The notes beneath the pieces were generated by a model. The model saw only the letters and a list, made by a program, of their open reading frames with translations, had not been told where the DNA came from and did no database searches. A program made the position numbers and the translations under genes. Shown piece after piece: positions 12,570-24,639 of a stretch of DNA of 64,000 nt; position 1 is the stretch's first letter; every line of letters begins with the position of its first letter. Origin of the DNA: Vicugna vicugna (lineage: Eukaryota); assembly GCA_013265495.1 (NCBI GenBank), contig MU058463.1, forward strand, positions 4,362,244-4,426,243, in the 5' to 3' direction.

Positions 12570-13560
12570 TGTTTGACAAACCTTATGGCAGAACAGCACT
12601 TCCTACAACGGCAGAAAATAAATTCTAAATTGGGGGTATTTCAGGGAATCTTTAAATAGACATTTGGCATCAAATCCAAATGAATATGGACTAAAGTCCA
12701 AAATCTGCTGCCTTTTCCTTAATTTGCATTTGGCTTTTTAAGATGAATCTTTGGCATGCTTGTTCCCCTTCCTCCCTCCTCAGTTGTGCTTCTTCTCTGT
12801 GAACTTTTTGTTTAGCAAAGATGGACGTGTACTGTGCAATGAAAACACTGGCTGTAAATCATTTCAGCTATAAAATGTAGCTGTTTGGAGCCTGGTAATT
12901 GGGCCTGTTGCTCTGAAAACAGGAAGGACAGCCAATATCTGAATGTGTCAGCTAATTGGTCCACAGGGAGAGACTCTGGGAGTGTCCAGATGACCGCTTA
13001 TAAACTTTTTATTGTTCTAATCTTTCCATGGGACCTGCAATATTCCTTTGCTGATCATCCACCACAAACTAACTGTACTTTGTGTGATAAAATTGCACTG
13101 GTATCCACAGAATTCAGAGCTCTGACATAGGGGGAGCCTTTCAAAGGCTTGAATGCTTGGCAGGCAAAAATATGTGTGCTTTGTAGATTCAGTGCAAAGT
13201 GAGTGGGAACATTTCTTTATGGTCACAGTGTGGTTTGGGACACCAGCTACAATGCTATCTGTGAAACCCAGGTTGGGAGCAATGCAGAATCCTCGCTTTG
13301 GTCACAGAGCAAATAATTATTGAATTTATTTTAGATATTTCAAATGTGCTCAGAATACTCATTGCTTCATGAAATCCATAGTTTAAAAATAAGAATATAT
13401 GCTGTATAAATGTGCAGGTTTGGAGTAATAATAGTCAACACATTGGGTGACCTGATATGTGTGTCAATGATTTGTTCTCTGAAAGCCAGATATCAAGGAG
13501 ATAGCCTCTTCTCTCAAGTGTGAGAATATGCATTCCCTGCACTGAAGTAAGAAGAGGGTT
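12570..13560 (-). pseudogene. Candidate large exon remnant with several Trp motifs
   Basis: GYLLDIWLS, ILIFKLWIS, STVSLWWM, ILQVPWKD*NNK, LEFIFCRCRK in shifting frames; boundaries unclear. Confidence 0.3.
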
Positions 13561-14607
13561 TAGTCCTCTTTCCTTTTTTTGTTGAAAGGAGAGAATGTAT
13601 TAAATTATGCAAAAATGTTCACTTCTTTTAATTAATAAATGTTAATCCCGAGACCAAGAAGTGTGATTTCAGGGATGTTGGGCGGGTACATTCCAGAAAC
13701 AAAGGGAGATTCTGGGGGAGGTCCAAGCTGAGGTGAGCTGAGCCACTGGTTGAATGTCAACTTCTTCGTGAGAGTGTGGCGCCCAACAGTGGTCTAATGT
13801 CACTTTCCTTTCCTGGGTGTTAGGGTCTAAAAACCCCGGGGAAGGACCCATCTAAAACAATAACTGTTACTAAATTTAACCTGTTCCACGCTTCCATCCC
13901 CACCTCACTGTCTATTTGTTTACCACCAGAGGTAACCACCATCCTGGATTGCATAATCGCCATTTTCTTGCTTTTCTTTTTGTATGTTTGTTGTATGCAT
14001 CACTGTTAATTATACATGTCATTGTAGTATTCCTAAAAAGTATATGCAGTTTTGTTTGAACTGTTTTGACTTTATAGAAAGGGTATCATGCTGTAAGCTG
14101 TATTTTGGAACTCACTTTTAAACTTTACTCTAAAATTGCTAAGACTCTTCCATGTTGTTGGGTGTTGCTGTAGTTCAGGTGACAGAGCTTTTGAAAGAGC
14201 AGTGGAAATGGGCACTAGGACCTGGGCTGGGCTTGCCAGTCCCCTCAACAAACAGCTAAGAAGCACAGACTGTCTCCATCAGCCTCCCCTTCCTGGAGCA
14301 GGAGGCGAGAAGCCATGCCCTGAGTGTCTTTTCAGGAAAAGTAGAGGCTGAGCTGATGGATTTCCTGTTCCTCAACCAGAGTAGCTCAGAGAGGGCAACA
14401 GTTTTTTCCTTTGCATGCCTGTCGTCAGTTATAATCCCTGCCTGCCATGATATTAAGGAGAACAGCCAATGTCCGAATTGTGCAAATTGGTAAATTCACC
14501 TGGATGCCAAGAACCAACTGTATATTTGGGCTATTTTTCTTTTATTATATATAACATACATTTATATCTTTCCTTTATGTAATATACTGTTTTATACACT
14601 ATATTAT

Positions 14608-15061
14608 TTTTTAAGTTGAAGTATAGTTGATTTACAATGTTGTGTTAGTTTCTGGTGTACAGCATGCTGATTCAGTTATATATATAAATTCTTTTCCATT
14701 ATAGGTTATTACAGGATATTGGAAGTGGTTCCCTCTGCTATACAGTAGGACCTTGTTGTTTATCTGTTCTGTACATAGAAGAGTAGTTTGTATCTGTCAA
14801 CCCCAGACTCCCAATTTATCCCTTCCCCTCTTTCCTCTTTGGTAACCATAAATTTGTTTTCTATGTCTGTGAGTCTCTTTCTGTTTTGTAAGTAAGTTCA
14901 TTTGTGTCATTGTCTTTTAGATTTTCTTTCTTTCCACATATAAGTGATATCAAATGATATTTGTTTTTCTCTGCTTGAGTTACTTCACTTAGTATGATAA
15001 TCTCTAGGTCCATCCATGTTGCTGCAAATGGCATTATTTCATTCCTTTATATGGCTGAGTA
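14608..15061 (-). mobile_element. L1 3' end (laurasiatherian/camelid type)
   Basis: ttgaagtatagttgatttacaatgttgtgttagtttctggtgtacagc...tccatccatgttgctgcaaatggcatt. Confidence 0.9.
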
Positions 15062-15088
15062 TATACACGATATTATCATATGACATAT

Positions 15089-15477
15089 TGTTATGCACTA
15101 AAAATTTTGTCCCCCACCCCAAATTCACATGTTGAAGTCCTAACCCCTCCAAACCTCAGCATGCAACTTTTTTTTGGAGATGGGGTCTTAAAGAAGGAAC
15201 CCAGTTAAAATGAGGTTCTTGGTGTGGACCTTAATCCATTGTAACTAGCCTTACAAAAAGAGAAAATTTGGACACAGACACATCGAGAGGGAAGATGTAA
15301 AGACATGTGCAAAGGCGGCCATCTGTAAACCAAGAAGAGAGGTCTCAGAAGAAACCTACCTTGCTGACATCTTGGTTTTGGACTTCTAGGCTCCAGAATT
15401 GTGAGCAAATGAATTACTGTCATTTAAGCCACCCAATCTATGCTGTTTTGTTTTGGCAGTCCTAGCAAAGTAATACA
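15089..15477 (+). mobile_element. MaLR solo LTR (MLT1B/C-like)
   Basis: TG...CA termini; intact 5-bp TSD catat; MLT1 motifs. Confidence 0.9.
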
Positions 15478-16559
15478 CATATAATTTTTATCAATGCTAG
15501 CATGACAATGAAAATCATAGTTTCTATGGCTAGTCTTCCTGGGTTCAAATTCTGGCCTGACTACTTAAGAGTTTATAAGATCATGGATAGTTCTGGCTCC
15601 CTGAGGTGGAGTGGCCCATTCCTCCCCTTTACAGCTAAAAAAATCTCTGGATGTGATCCAACAGCAAGCATAGGAAGTCTCTGAAGGGTGAAAGAAGAAC
15701 GGGCTGCCTGGGACCTTGAGGAAGGACATAGTGGTGAGTTCCTGGGTCACCTTCTTGTCATTTTGTACGTATGGTGTGTAGGTACATATTTTGTATGTAT
15801 ATATTTTGTACAGGCACCACAGAACCTCCAAACCAGAACCACACGCAGGCACAGACATAAAAAACTCCAGGGAAAGCCTGTTCTCCCTAGGCAGAGGACC
15901 AGAAACATTTGAAAACACCCATTCTCCTCTGCAAATGCCAAACACCACTGGTGAAATGCCCTTCCTTTCCTCTCCCCCCTTGCTGGGTGGAGCAGGCAGA
16001 TGCTCCCTTGACCCTGCATGGTGGTATGGACGGGGCTGAGCGGGGAAGCCAACCTCCTATCCTGAACACGGCAGACGCAGGCCTCCATTCTTCCACAGGT
16101 GGTGTTGGCAGGCCCACCCAGTGGAAACAGATCTGCTGCGGTAGTGTCCGTTGCGTCCCACGGTGACCTGAGTCTTCCTCTTCATCCAGCAGCAGTGAAC
16201 CTTAAGGAGGTGATCCACCCCAGGGCTGGTCAGCACTCCACTTTTCCCTGGGGCTGCGGGACCTGGTGGGGAGCTAAGCCTCTACCCCATCCAGTAGCAA
16301 CAAGCCAGAGTTAGGAGGTTGGAGGCAAGGTTTCTTGGCACTCTGCCTCCCTCTATCCCCTGGTGGCAGCAGTGCCCAACAGGGTGGGAATTGGTGCCCC
16401 ACTTTTACCAGGAAGATGTCAATAGAGCAGAAGGGAGAGCTGGCCAGGTACCTCCTGGTCCGTGGTGAGGCAGGGTGACTCAGTGCCCTACCCTTACCAA
16501 GGTGGTATTGGCAGGGCCCCGAGGGAACTTGAACATACACCCTCACAGTACACCACACC

Positions 16560-17010
16560 AGAAGGACTGCCTATTAGAAACAAGATAAAATAGGATCTAG
16601 AGTCTCATAGTATGATATCCAAAATGCCCAGAGTACAATAGAAAGTCACTTGTCATACCAAGAACCAGAAAAAGCAAAACGTGAATTTGAAAAGACAATC
16701 AACAGATGCCAACACCAAGAGAAACCGGATTTTAAAATGATCTGACAACAATTTTAAAGCAACCTCTTAAAAGTGCTTCCCAGGGAATTACAAGTTCTCT
16801 TGGAATAAATAAAATATTAGTAAATTTCAGGAAATAGAAATGATTTAAAAAGGAACCAAATGGAAATTATAGAACTAAAAAAAGAGACAATAACCAATGT
16901 AAAAACTCATTGGATGGGCTCAGTAGAATGGAGAAGAGAGGATAAAATCTGTGAATTTGCAGACAGATCAATAGAATATACACAATATGAACAGCAGAGA
17001 ACATAGAAAA
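16560..17010 (+). mobile_element. Old L1 ORF1-region fragment
   Basis: aaatggaaattatagaactaaaa...aaactcattggatgggctca...gacagatcaatagaa. Confidence 0.75.
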
Positions 17011-17012
17011 AA

Positions 17013-17200
17013 GACCTTGGACACGTTACTTAAACTGTCTAGATTTCATTTTCCTCATCTTTAAAATGAAGGTCATGTTTGTAGCTATGACAAAGGCATG
17101 TTGTGACAATTGACTGAGATGTATCTAAAAGGCTTATTTGTCAGAGTGCCAGGCACATAGTCAATCCTCAATAAAAGTTAACTGCTATGCTTATTATAAT
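17013..17200 (+). mobile_element. MIR body and tail
   Basis: gaccttggacacgttacttaa...ttttcctcatctttaaaatg...gtgccaggcacatagt. Confidence 0.8.
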
Positions 17201-17734
17201 CACCCTGTGTAGATAGCCATGTGATTTTATCTCTGTGTACAGTTAATTCAACTCAGTCTGTAATTCAAAATGAGAAACGCTATTCTCAGGAGCTGAGGGA
17301 GAGATTAGTGGTGGTGGGGGCTGGGTAGGGAAGGTTTCCTGAATGAAAGCATTTTAATCAGGGCTTGGAAGACGTCATGGGCCTCGGGATGAACAGGAGA
17401 CTGGCCCCTTCCTTACAGAAGAGGCAGGTGCCTAGAAATGAGAAAGACGTGGTTGGGAGCTAACAAGGGCTACTACTGGTGTTCTTTTGCCTCCTTAAGC
17501 TAATGCGGATAAAAAGAGCAGTGACTGGCCAGACAGGAAGGAAGGCCTCAGCCTCTTGGGGACCATTTAGGAAATGACTTTGGCACAGAATGTGGTTTTG
17601 GTCTAAGTGAGCTCCTAAGAAGCAAGTTGCTATGCTAATTAGCCCTTAAATGTCTCCTCTCTGTCTCCTAAGCCATGGAAACACCCTACATTTCGGTTTA
17701 TTTGAAGTCATCTACTGTTAGCAACAGCTGTTAC

Positions 17735-18115
17735 ATATGCCTACACGTGCCCGTGTGCACACATACACTCACATCACACTCACATCTACACTCATACACA
17801 GTTGTACATTGTCAGTACACACTCGCAGACATACATGTACATCCACATACATTCACAGTCACACCGAGAGTTGCACCGTTTCACAATTACACATCCCACA
17901 GACACTCATGCAGTCAAGTACACTGACACTCACTGTCACACGTTCAAACTCACACATGCAGCACACATCTACATCCATTCATAGCACAACCAAGCACAAC
18001 CACATACATACACACTTAAGTCATACAGACTTTAGACACACCATACACATACAAGCAGTCACCCACATGTGCTCACACCTCCCATGGAACATACATACAC
18101 ACACATGCACAAGCA
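17735..18115. repeat. Degenerate CA-rich low-complexity tract
   Basis: Interrupted (CA)n; produces spurious His/Thr-rich ORFs. Confidence 0.85.
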
Positions 18116-19825
18116 CCTTTTAAAACATCTCAACACATTTATTTTCATAATATGTTGTAATATGTAGACAATTTTCAAATAAGCTAAAAACAGATTAGTT
18201 AAGAATGAATCTCTACCAAGGTCACATAGAGAATCACTTTTCTTTATGTGAATTCTCGAGGTTTATTTTTGTAGGAAAGCACCCAAGATTCTGTAACTTC
18301 TCTTAATAGACAACACAGACATAATGTTACTGTTCTTGCAATTTGCTTTGGGTTACTGTGGTACTTTTTAATAGTAACATACGTTCTGGCTGTAAACCTT
18401 CTTAAACAAGTGCCTATCTGGTTTACCATATCCTTTGTACCTTCTCAGCATTTTCAGTTTTAGTCTGTTTTCTGAAACAGCCATTTATTTTTCCATTGGT
18501 CTTGCAGGTTGTTTTTCTCAGAATCATCTTTTTGTAGTGGTCCAATTAATCTTCCAAGCTTAGGATTTTTTATCTTGATCTTTGGAATCTCTGAGACTTT
18601 TTTCTTCCTTTTTTTTTTTTCAATCACTTTCATTTTATTCTCTTTCACCTCTACTTGTTTTTATAGAAATATCTCTTTTTTTATGGTTCTGACTTCGGTA
18701 TCACCTTTAATATTACAGCACACTGCTTTTTCACTCTAGCTGTGAGTAGACTGCAGGGGCAGACAGAGAACTAAAACCCGTGATGAAGAGCCTGCCATCA
18801 TTTGCACAAGGTCCCAAATATACATTTATCATGCTGTGCACCTAATGGTTGGATCCATCACCAAAGCAATAAAGGAAGCATATTAAGCAGATATATTGGT
18901 GCTGAGGACGGTTGCTTAAGAGAGTATAAATAAACAGAATAGTTCTCAAAGAGGTAAACACCACCTGAGTTTCCATCTTAGCAAAGACAATTGGGAGCCA
19001 TAATAATAACCTGGAATTTCTTCTTTATAGGTTTCTTGGTTTTTAGTTAGGTAAAAAAGGGTCTGTAATTTAGATCAGGGCCATTGGTTCCATAACAGTC
19101 AAACAGGGACTAATAATGCCAGTTAAACAAGTACTATACCTCATCTCTGACCCAGGATAATATGACTCAGAATAAGAAAGGACTTAGGTAAGTAGGTATA
19201 TTTTTACCTTCTTCTTTTTTTTTTTTTATTAAGCTGGATCTGTTAACCCAGACAATTTTAGACTAGTCCAGTAGGGAAATTGGGTAAATGTACAGTGACC
19301 CAGAAGGAAACTGTGCTTTCCAGGAAGCTAGGGAGGAGGGCGAGGGTCTGTACTGGTTTGCTTCTGTGCTGCTTTCCCCGCCCTGCTCTGCCCCGATGTG
19401 ACGTGATTTCGGATGCTGTCAATTCTTAGGTGCCCAGCAGGCTGACTGGCCTGTTTCATCGACAGAAACTAGTCCAGGCCTGTTATTCTTCGGCTCAATT
19501 TTTATTCTTCCCCTTGGTGTTGGTTGGCTGTGGTAGACAGAGCAGTAACAGCCTTTTCTATGGCTCCTTGCAGTGTATACGGCCTTCACATTAATCCTCA
19601 ATCTTGTGAGATAGCGTGAATTACCCTTTCCACTGATCAGTGAGAACGTGATCTCAGAAAAGTTGGATGACTTGCTCAAGAACCATGCCTTTCCCCTTCG
19701 TGGCCAAAGTATTTGCTGAATATCCAGTTCTTCCCTACATTTACTAGTGCCCTTGTGGGAAGACGGGGCATTTAAGAGCCAGTGTATGACTCTCTGATCC
19801 CTTGCTCTGAGGGTCTCTGTTACCA

Positions 19826-20135
19826 CAGTGACCTAAAAGCCACATCTTGAGATGCTGGAGCCCCAGGATGCAAGTGGACTGGATTCTTGATTCTCTGCTT
19901 GAAGGGAGCTGCCCTGGAGAGCTGCCAGACTTGCCAATGGTGATTTTGCTTGAGTGAGAAAAAAAAACCTATGATATATTTAGTTATTGAGCTTTTTTTT
20001 TTTTAATGGAGGTACTGGGCATTGAACCCAGGACCTCCTGAATGCTAAGCCTGTGTTCTACAACTGAGCTATACCCATCCCCCTAGTTACTGAGGTTTTA
20101 ATTATTACTTATTACTGCAACATAACTTAGCCTAT
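19826..20135 (+). mobile_element. Old MaLR LTR 3' part (MLT1J/K-like) interrupted by a SINE
   Basis: gagctgccctggagagctgcc...gagtgagaaa...ttactgcaacataacttagcctatcc. Confidence 0.65.
19993..20083 (-). mobile_element. Short Vic-1-like SINE
   Basis: Reverse tRNA-like body followed directly by poly(A); TSD tagtta(t/c)tgag. Confidence 0.88.
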
Positions 20136-21442
20136 CCACTGTGGTAAAATAATCCTTATTTTTATTTAAGTATATATATAGTTTAAAAATATGTTTTGTA
20201 TAGATCAAATTTAATCTCCACAAGAATTCTGAAGATTAAATAGTATATTTATTTCTACTTGATCAGTGTCATAACACTACTGATGTATTCAGATTCTTTT
20301 CTGCTCCTTTAAGACTAGAAACCTTTCATGCGTAGAATTATCACAACTGGGATTTTATACTTTGATCAATGGCGGCCTAGAATTCAAGCTCCACAAGGAT
20401 ACTACATTCTTAAGCCTGAATTAGGTGGTTAATGCTTATTTGTTGAATGCAGTTAATATATGAGTGCTGGTATCAGCCGATGAACGCATCGTATCCCTAT
20501 GGACAAGCCGCACAGATTCTATTTAGAACTAGGAGAGTTAGTTGTGTGATTTGAGTAATCCATGGCATTTGGCAAAAGGAGCTTGATTAATTTGACTTCA
20601 TAATAGGGTTATATCTACCCCCTGCCCCAAGACAGGATGGGCCCTGTGCTTGGGCCAGAAAATCCACCCTTCTGGCTGTTTTGATATGGGAACTTACTGA
20701 CTTCAGGCCCTTTATGTTTTGATGTTAAAAATGATCTCTATAGGTGAACAGCCTGCATGCCCAGTTTATTAACAGAATACATTCTGATGGCATGCTAAAC
20801 TTTGCCACAATTACTCTGGAGGCAGAGCCAATTTCACTGCATTTTATGCTTTAAGACCAGAGAGAAAAATCCACGATGGCTTTGGTTGTACTGATGTCAT
20901 TAATTGTGTGAACCTTAGACTCTGATCTTTTGACACTGCAGGTGTTAATTACAGATATTAGATATTAGTAGGGGTGCTGGCTTGGAGCTGTTTACACAAA
21001 CACCGAGTGAATGGCACTCTTAGAACTCTTCTATATTCAATGCAACTGTTTACACAGGACAATGACTTTTTCTTTTTTTTTTGGTGGGATAGATGCTTTG
21101 AATTGTTTCATCTCTTGGAATGATGGATTTATGCTGACCTGGCCACATTTTTGTGAGTCTTCTTGGTATCCTAGAGTGATTTTTGAGACAACTGGCTAGG
21201 ACTAGCATAGCCTGTGACATGGAAATAAGTGATATTAACTGACAGATGAATAGATTAATGGCTCTGACCTTATTAAAATAATGTGCTAATCATCTGAACT
21301 GAAGAGCACTGACTTCAAAGAGAATTCTTGGAACCAGGGATAGCGACCGGGCCAAAATGCAAAACGAGTGGATGTCTTCTCTGGATTCAATCAGCGGTAC
21401 AAATCCTGCTCACTTGTATGAGTCTAGCCACCATGGACTTAC

Positions 21443-21482
21443 GGACACCCGTAATTAGGTAACTTCATCCCTCCAGTGAAGT
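21443..21482 (-). pseudogene. Candidate 40-nt exon remnant (LHWRDEVT*LRVS)
   Basis: Strong acceptor ttttctttgttag; donor gtaagt; completes VMNTFL-LHWR with the 24485-24609 exon. Confidence 0.55.
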
Positions 21483-22989
21483 CTAACAAAGAAAATGCAA
21501 TAGCACTCTGCCTATTTAGACACAGCTCTTCCCACCTGTGCCCATGAAGAGGCTATGTGGTAACAAGAAGAGAAAGCAGTGGATGCACTGCTTGCGGTTG
21601 GAGGGCAGTCGGCTCAAAGCAGACAGAGGGAACAGTACAGGGCACGACTAAGAGTGATGGACAGCGAGGAGGCTGTGGCTCCAGATAGACCCCACTGAGA
21701 TGTCATCTGAGATGGGGCCACTGGCTAAGCGTGTCTGCTCATGGGGCAGAATCACAGGGTCCCCACCCGCAAGTAACCCAAGGTCTTTTCTGCCAAATAC
21801 GGGCAAGGCATCTGGAGAGGAAAGGCATGTAGGTACCAAAGCTGATCTTTTAATCAGACGGGTAAGCTGAGGGGAGTGACTGTTGGCCAGACATCGGTTG
21901 TTTAACTTGGAGGGCTGGAGCTCTGGTCCCCAGGCTCACAGGAAGCAGAGTGCCTCATGATACACTATTCAGGAAAACTTCATTTCTGACCATGCAGGTG
22001 TTCAACCACTTATCTGGTTTCTTTCATAATTTCCTGAGCAAATCCTTTGAAGTTGCAAAGTGTTGTGGTGGTGTGAGTCACTGAAGTGAATTATTATGGA
22101 AACATGTATTCAGGTGTTTCTGAAGTTGTAGGGAGCAGAATGCATTTCCTGTCTATGTTTCAAAACTTAGTCCTCAAAGTAAGGAAAGAGTTAAGAGTGA
22201 CTAATTTAAAATTCATGGCTTGGGAAACAGATTCTGAATGAGAGATGAACAGTTCCCTGAAATAAGAAAAAAAATAGGAGGAAATGTAGAAGTTTCCATC
22301 AAGTGAGATGAAAGTTGTCAGTGGATTGTGCAGGGAAATGGGATAACATTGTCTGGCAGCCTAATTCTCCTAAATCTCCATTGCGGGAGTCATAAGCCAG
22401 AGGTGATTTTTTATTTTTTATTTGGCTGTTCTCTTTTTCTTTCTCTTATATTTCCTTTAAAAGAAGCCTAAGAAGCAGCATGCAAAGCATTCAGAATAAT
22501 GCAAATTTACTCTCAAATGCTGATAAATGTAAAATAGCATTTTTTTTTTGGCATTTGAACAAAATGCATTTCTCGTGCCATGGAAATTCTTGTTTTGTGG
22601 TAGTCTGTGTCTTATTAGGTCATATTTCACACACTAAGCAGACTTGAACCAGCTTGGCCATTTCTGACAATGAGGCCCAAGACATTTCTTTCAAAATTTC
22701 CTGTTGTAAAAAAAAAAAAGAAAAATTCCCATTGAAGAATCTTTGTTTAGTGTCATGGAAAGAATTGTTGGTTGCACAGAAGTCTTTTAAGGAAGAAAAC
22801 CACTATGTAAATAGTAAGTATTATTAAATCAACCCAAATTCTCCACTGCATTAGGCAGAAAACAAGCTTTCTCAAAAACCAGTGGCAGAATGAGTTTCTA
22901 GACTGAGAGGGTTTGGGAATGGAGGGTGGGGGGAGGAAACCCATCACCTCACTCCTCGCCAGGGCAGTGAGCCGGGAATTTAATAATCC

Positions 22990-23960
22990 CAATAATAATA
23001 GCAAACACGCTTACCTTGTGCCAGGAATTTTCTAAGCACTGCTTTCTGTATGGAGCTCAATGAATTCTCTTATACTCCATGAGGCAGGTGTGTTTTCACC
23101 CCTTTTTGCACATGGGAAACTGAGTGCAGAGATGCTATGACTTGTCAGAGATCATACAGGCAGTGTGGGGCTGCTGTGGATTTAGCCAGCTAGGCCTACA
23201 GATCAAGACAACCACTCAGGGGATGTGACTTATGGTTGATCAGGAAGAGACCCTCCGAGTTAAAAATGTTTCCACAATACTCTCTGAGATTTACCTAAGT
23301 GTCTGAAGCCTGACCGATAAAAACTTCATTTGAGTGAAGTGGTAGACTTTATTCAGAGGAAAACCTCAATAATAGAGGAGTAACATTTCCTTTCCTACAT
23401 AATTGAGGGAAAGATGTTTTGAAGGAAAGAGAGGTTACTTTGTGTGTGAAGCCTCGCAGGCTGGAGAGAGGCAAGGACGGTGGGCAGCCAGGAGACAGCA
23501 GCCTGCCCGCCACCAGGGGGGCTGTGTTGGGAAGGCAGACGAGGCCAGAGGAGGCCACGCAGATGGGCTTTAAAAGTCAGGCCGACCTGAGTTTGAAACC
23601 CTCCCTACCACTTGCCAGGCGACTTCCTTCGCCTCTCTTCGCTTTGGTATCTTCTGGTACCTCTTGGAGTGATTTTAAACAGATGAGATGATGAGGGTAA
23701 CATTTTAGCACAGATGTTGCACAAAGTGGAGAGGCAAAATGAACACAAATTCCAGACTGGGCTGCCCAGGGTCAAGTCCATAGGAACCTCACTCATTGGT
23801 TGTGTGTCTTAGGACCCATTAGTCAAACTTTCTGAGATCTGGGGCCCATTAGGGAATCTACCTCCCCGTGTCATCTGGGAGGGGTTGGTTGAGTTAGTAT
23901 GTGTGGAGTGTTCAGCATAGTCCTTGGCATGTAATATGTGCTCTGTGATTGTTGGCTATT
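22990..23960. mobile_element. Cluster of MIR fragments
   Basis: gggaaactgag and tgtgccagg motifs (minus strand, about 22990-23170); plus-strand cores at about 23540-23690 and 23730-23960. Confidence 0.65.
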
Positions 23961-24484
23961 TGAAGAGCAAGCTCAAAAAAATAGCAACTGATACCAGTAA
24001 GTATAAATAAGCCTCCTTGGAATTTTTTCCTAGCATGTCCACGCCATGCATGGCTACCTGTCAGCCTGTAAACAAGTTCTTTTCATTGGCTTTGAACTTT
24101 CCTATATCTCTTGTGAATTCTTTGCCTGTTGTTTTTGGTTAAATTTTGTCTCTTACCAAGTGTAAGTTTGGTTCAAAAGTGTAATGCAGTGGATACCAAG
24201 GTGAGATTTTTTTTTTCTTTTAGGCTTTTAGAAACAGTCACTGTAGGAACAAAGGATTCCATCTTTGTATTCAGATCGACAACCAAAGGGTGGATGTGAA
24301 TTGTATGTGGCCTTGTTGTCCAAGGTATCAGGGAGTGAACCTTTGGTTTCCTGTTCAGTTTCCTGAGCTGTGTGTTCCAATGCGACACTTCAGAATTGGG
24401 GCAGTTCCAGAGTTTTGTTCTAGTCATGCAGAAATGCAAGGACTCTAGCCGCTGGCCCAGTGCACTGTTGACAAGCCCACTTAC

Positions 24485-24609
24485 AAGAACGTATTCATCA
24501 CTGTTTCCTGGGAATATTTTTAAATGGTCTTGGTGCTTTGTTCTGGCCTCCATATCAGTGTGCTCCGAGTGGCATTCCGCACAGGGACGTTGTGAACAAA
24601 CACGAGAGG
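24485..24609 (-). pseudogene. Candidate 125-nt exon remnant (PLVFVHNVPVRNATRSTLIWRPEQSTKTI*KYSQETVMNTF)
   Basis: Acceptor gattgccag; donor gtaagt; phase 0 in, phase 2 out. Confidence 0.5.
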
Positions 24610-24639
24610 CTGGCAATCATATTTTCCTACTTAGTGATT

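Noticed and set aside
17675..18123. His/Thr-rich ORFs
   Set aside because: Artefact of CA-rich low complexity
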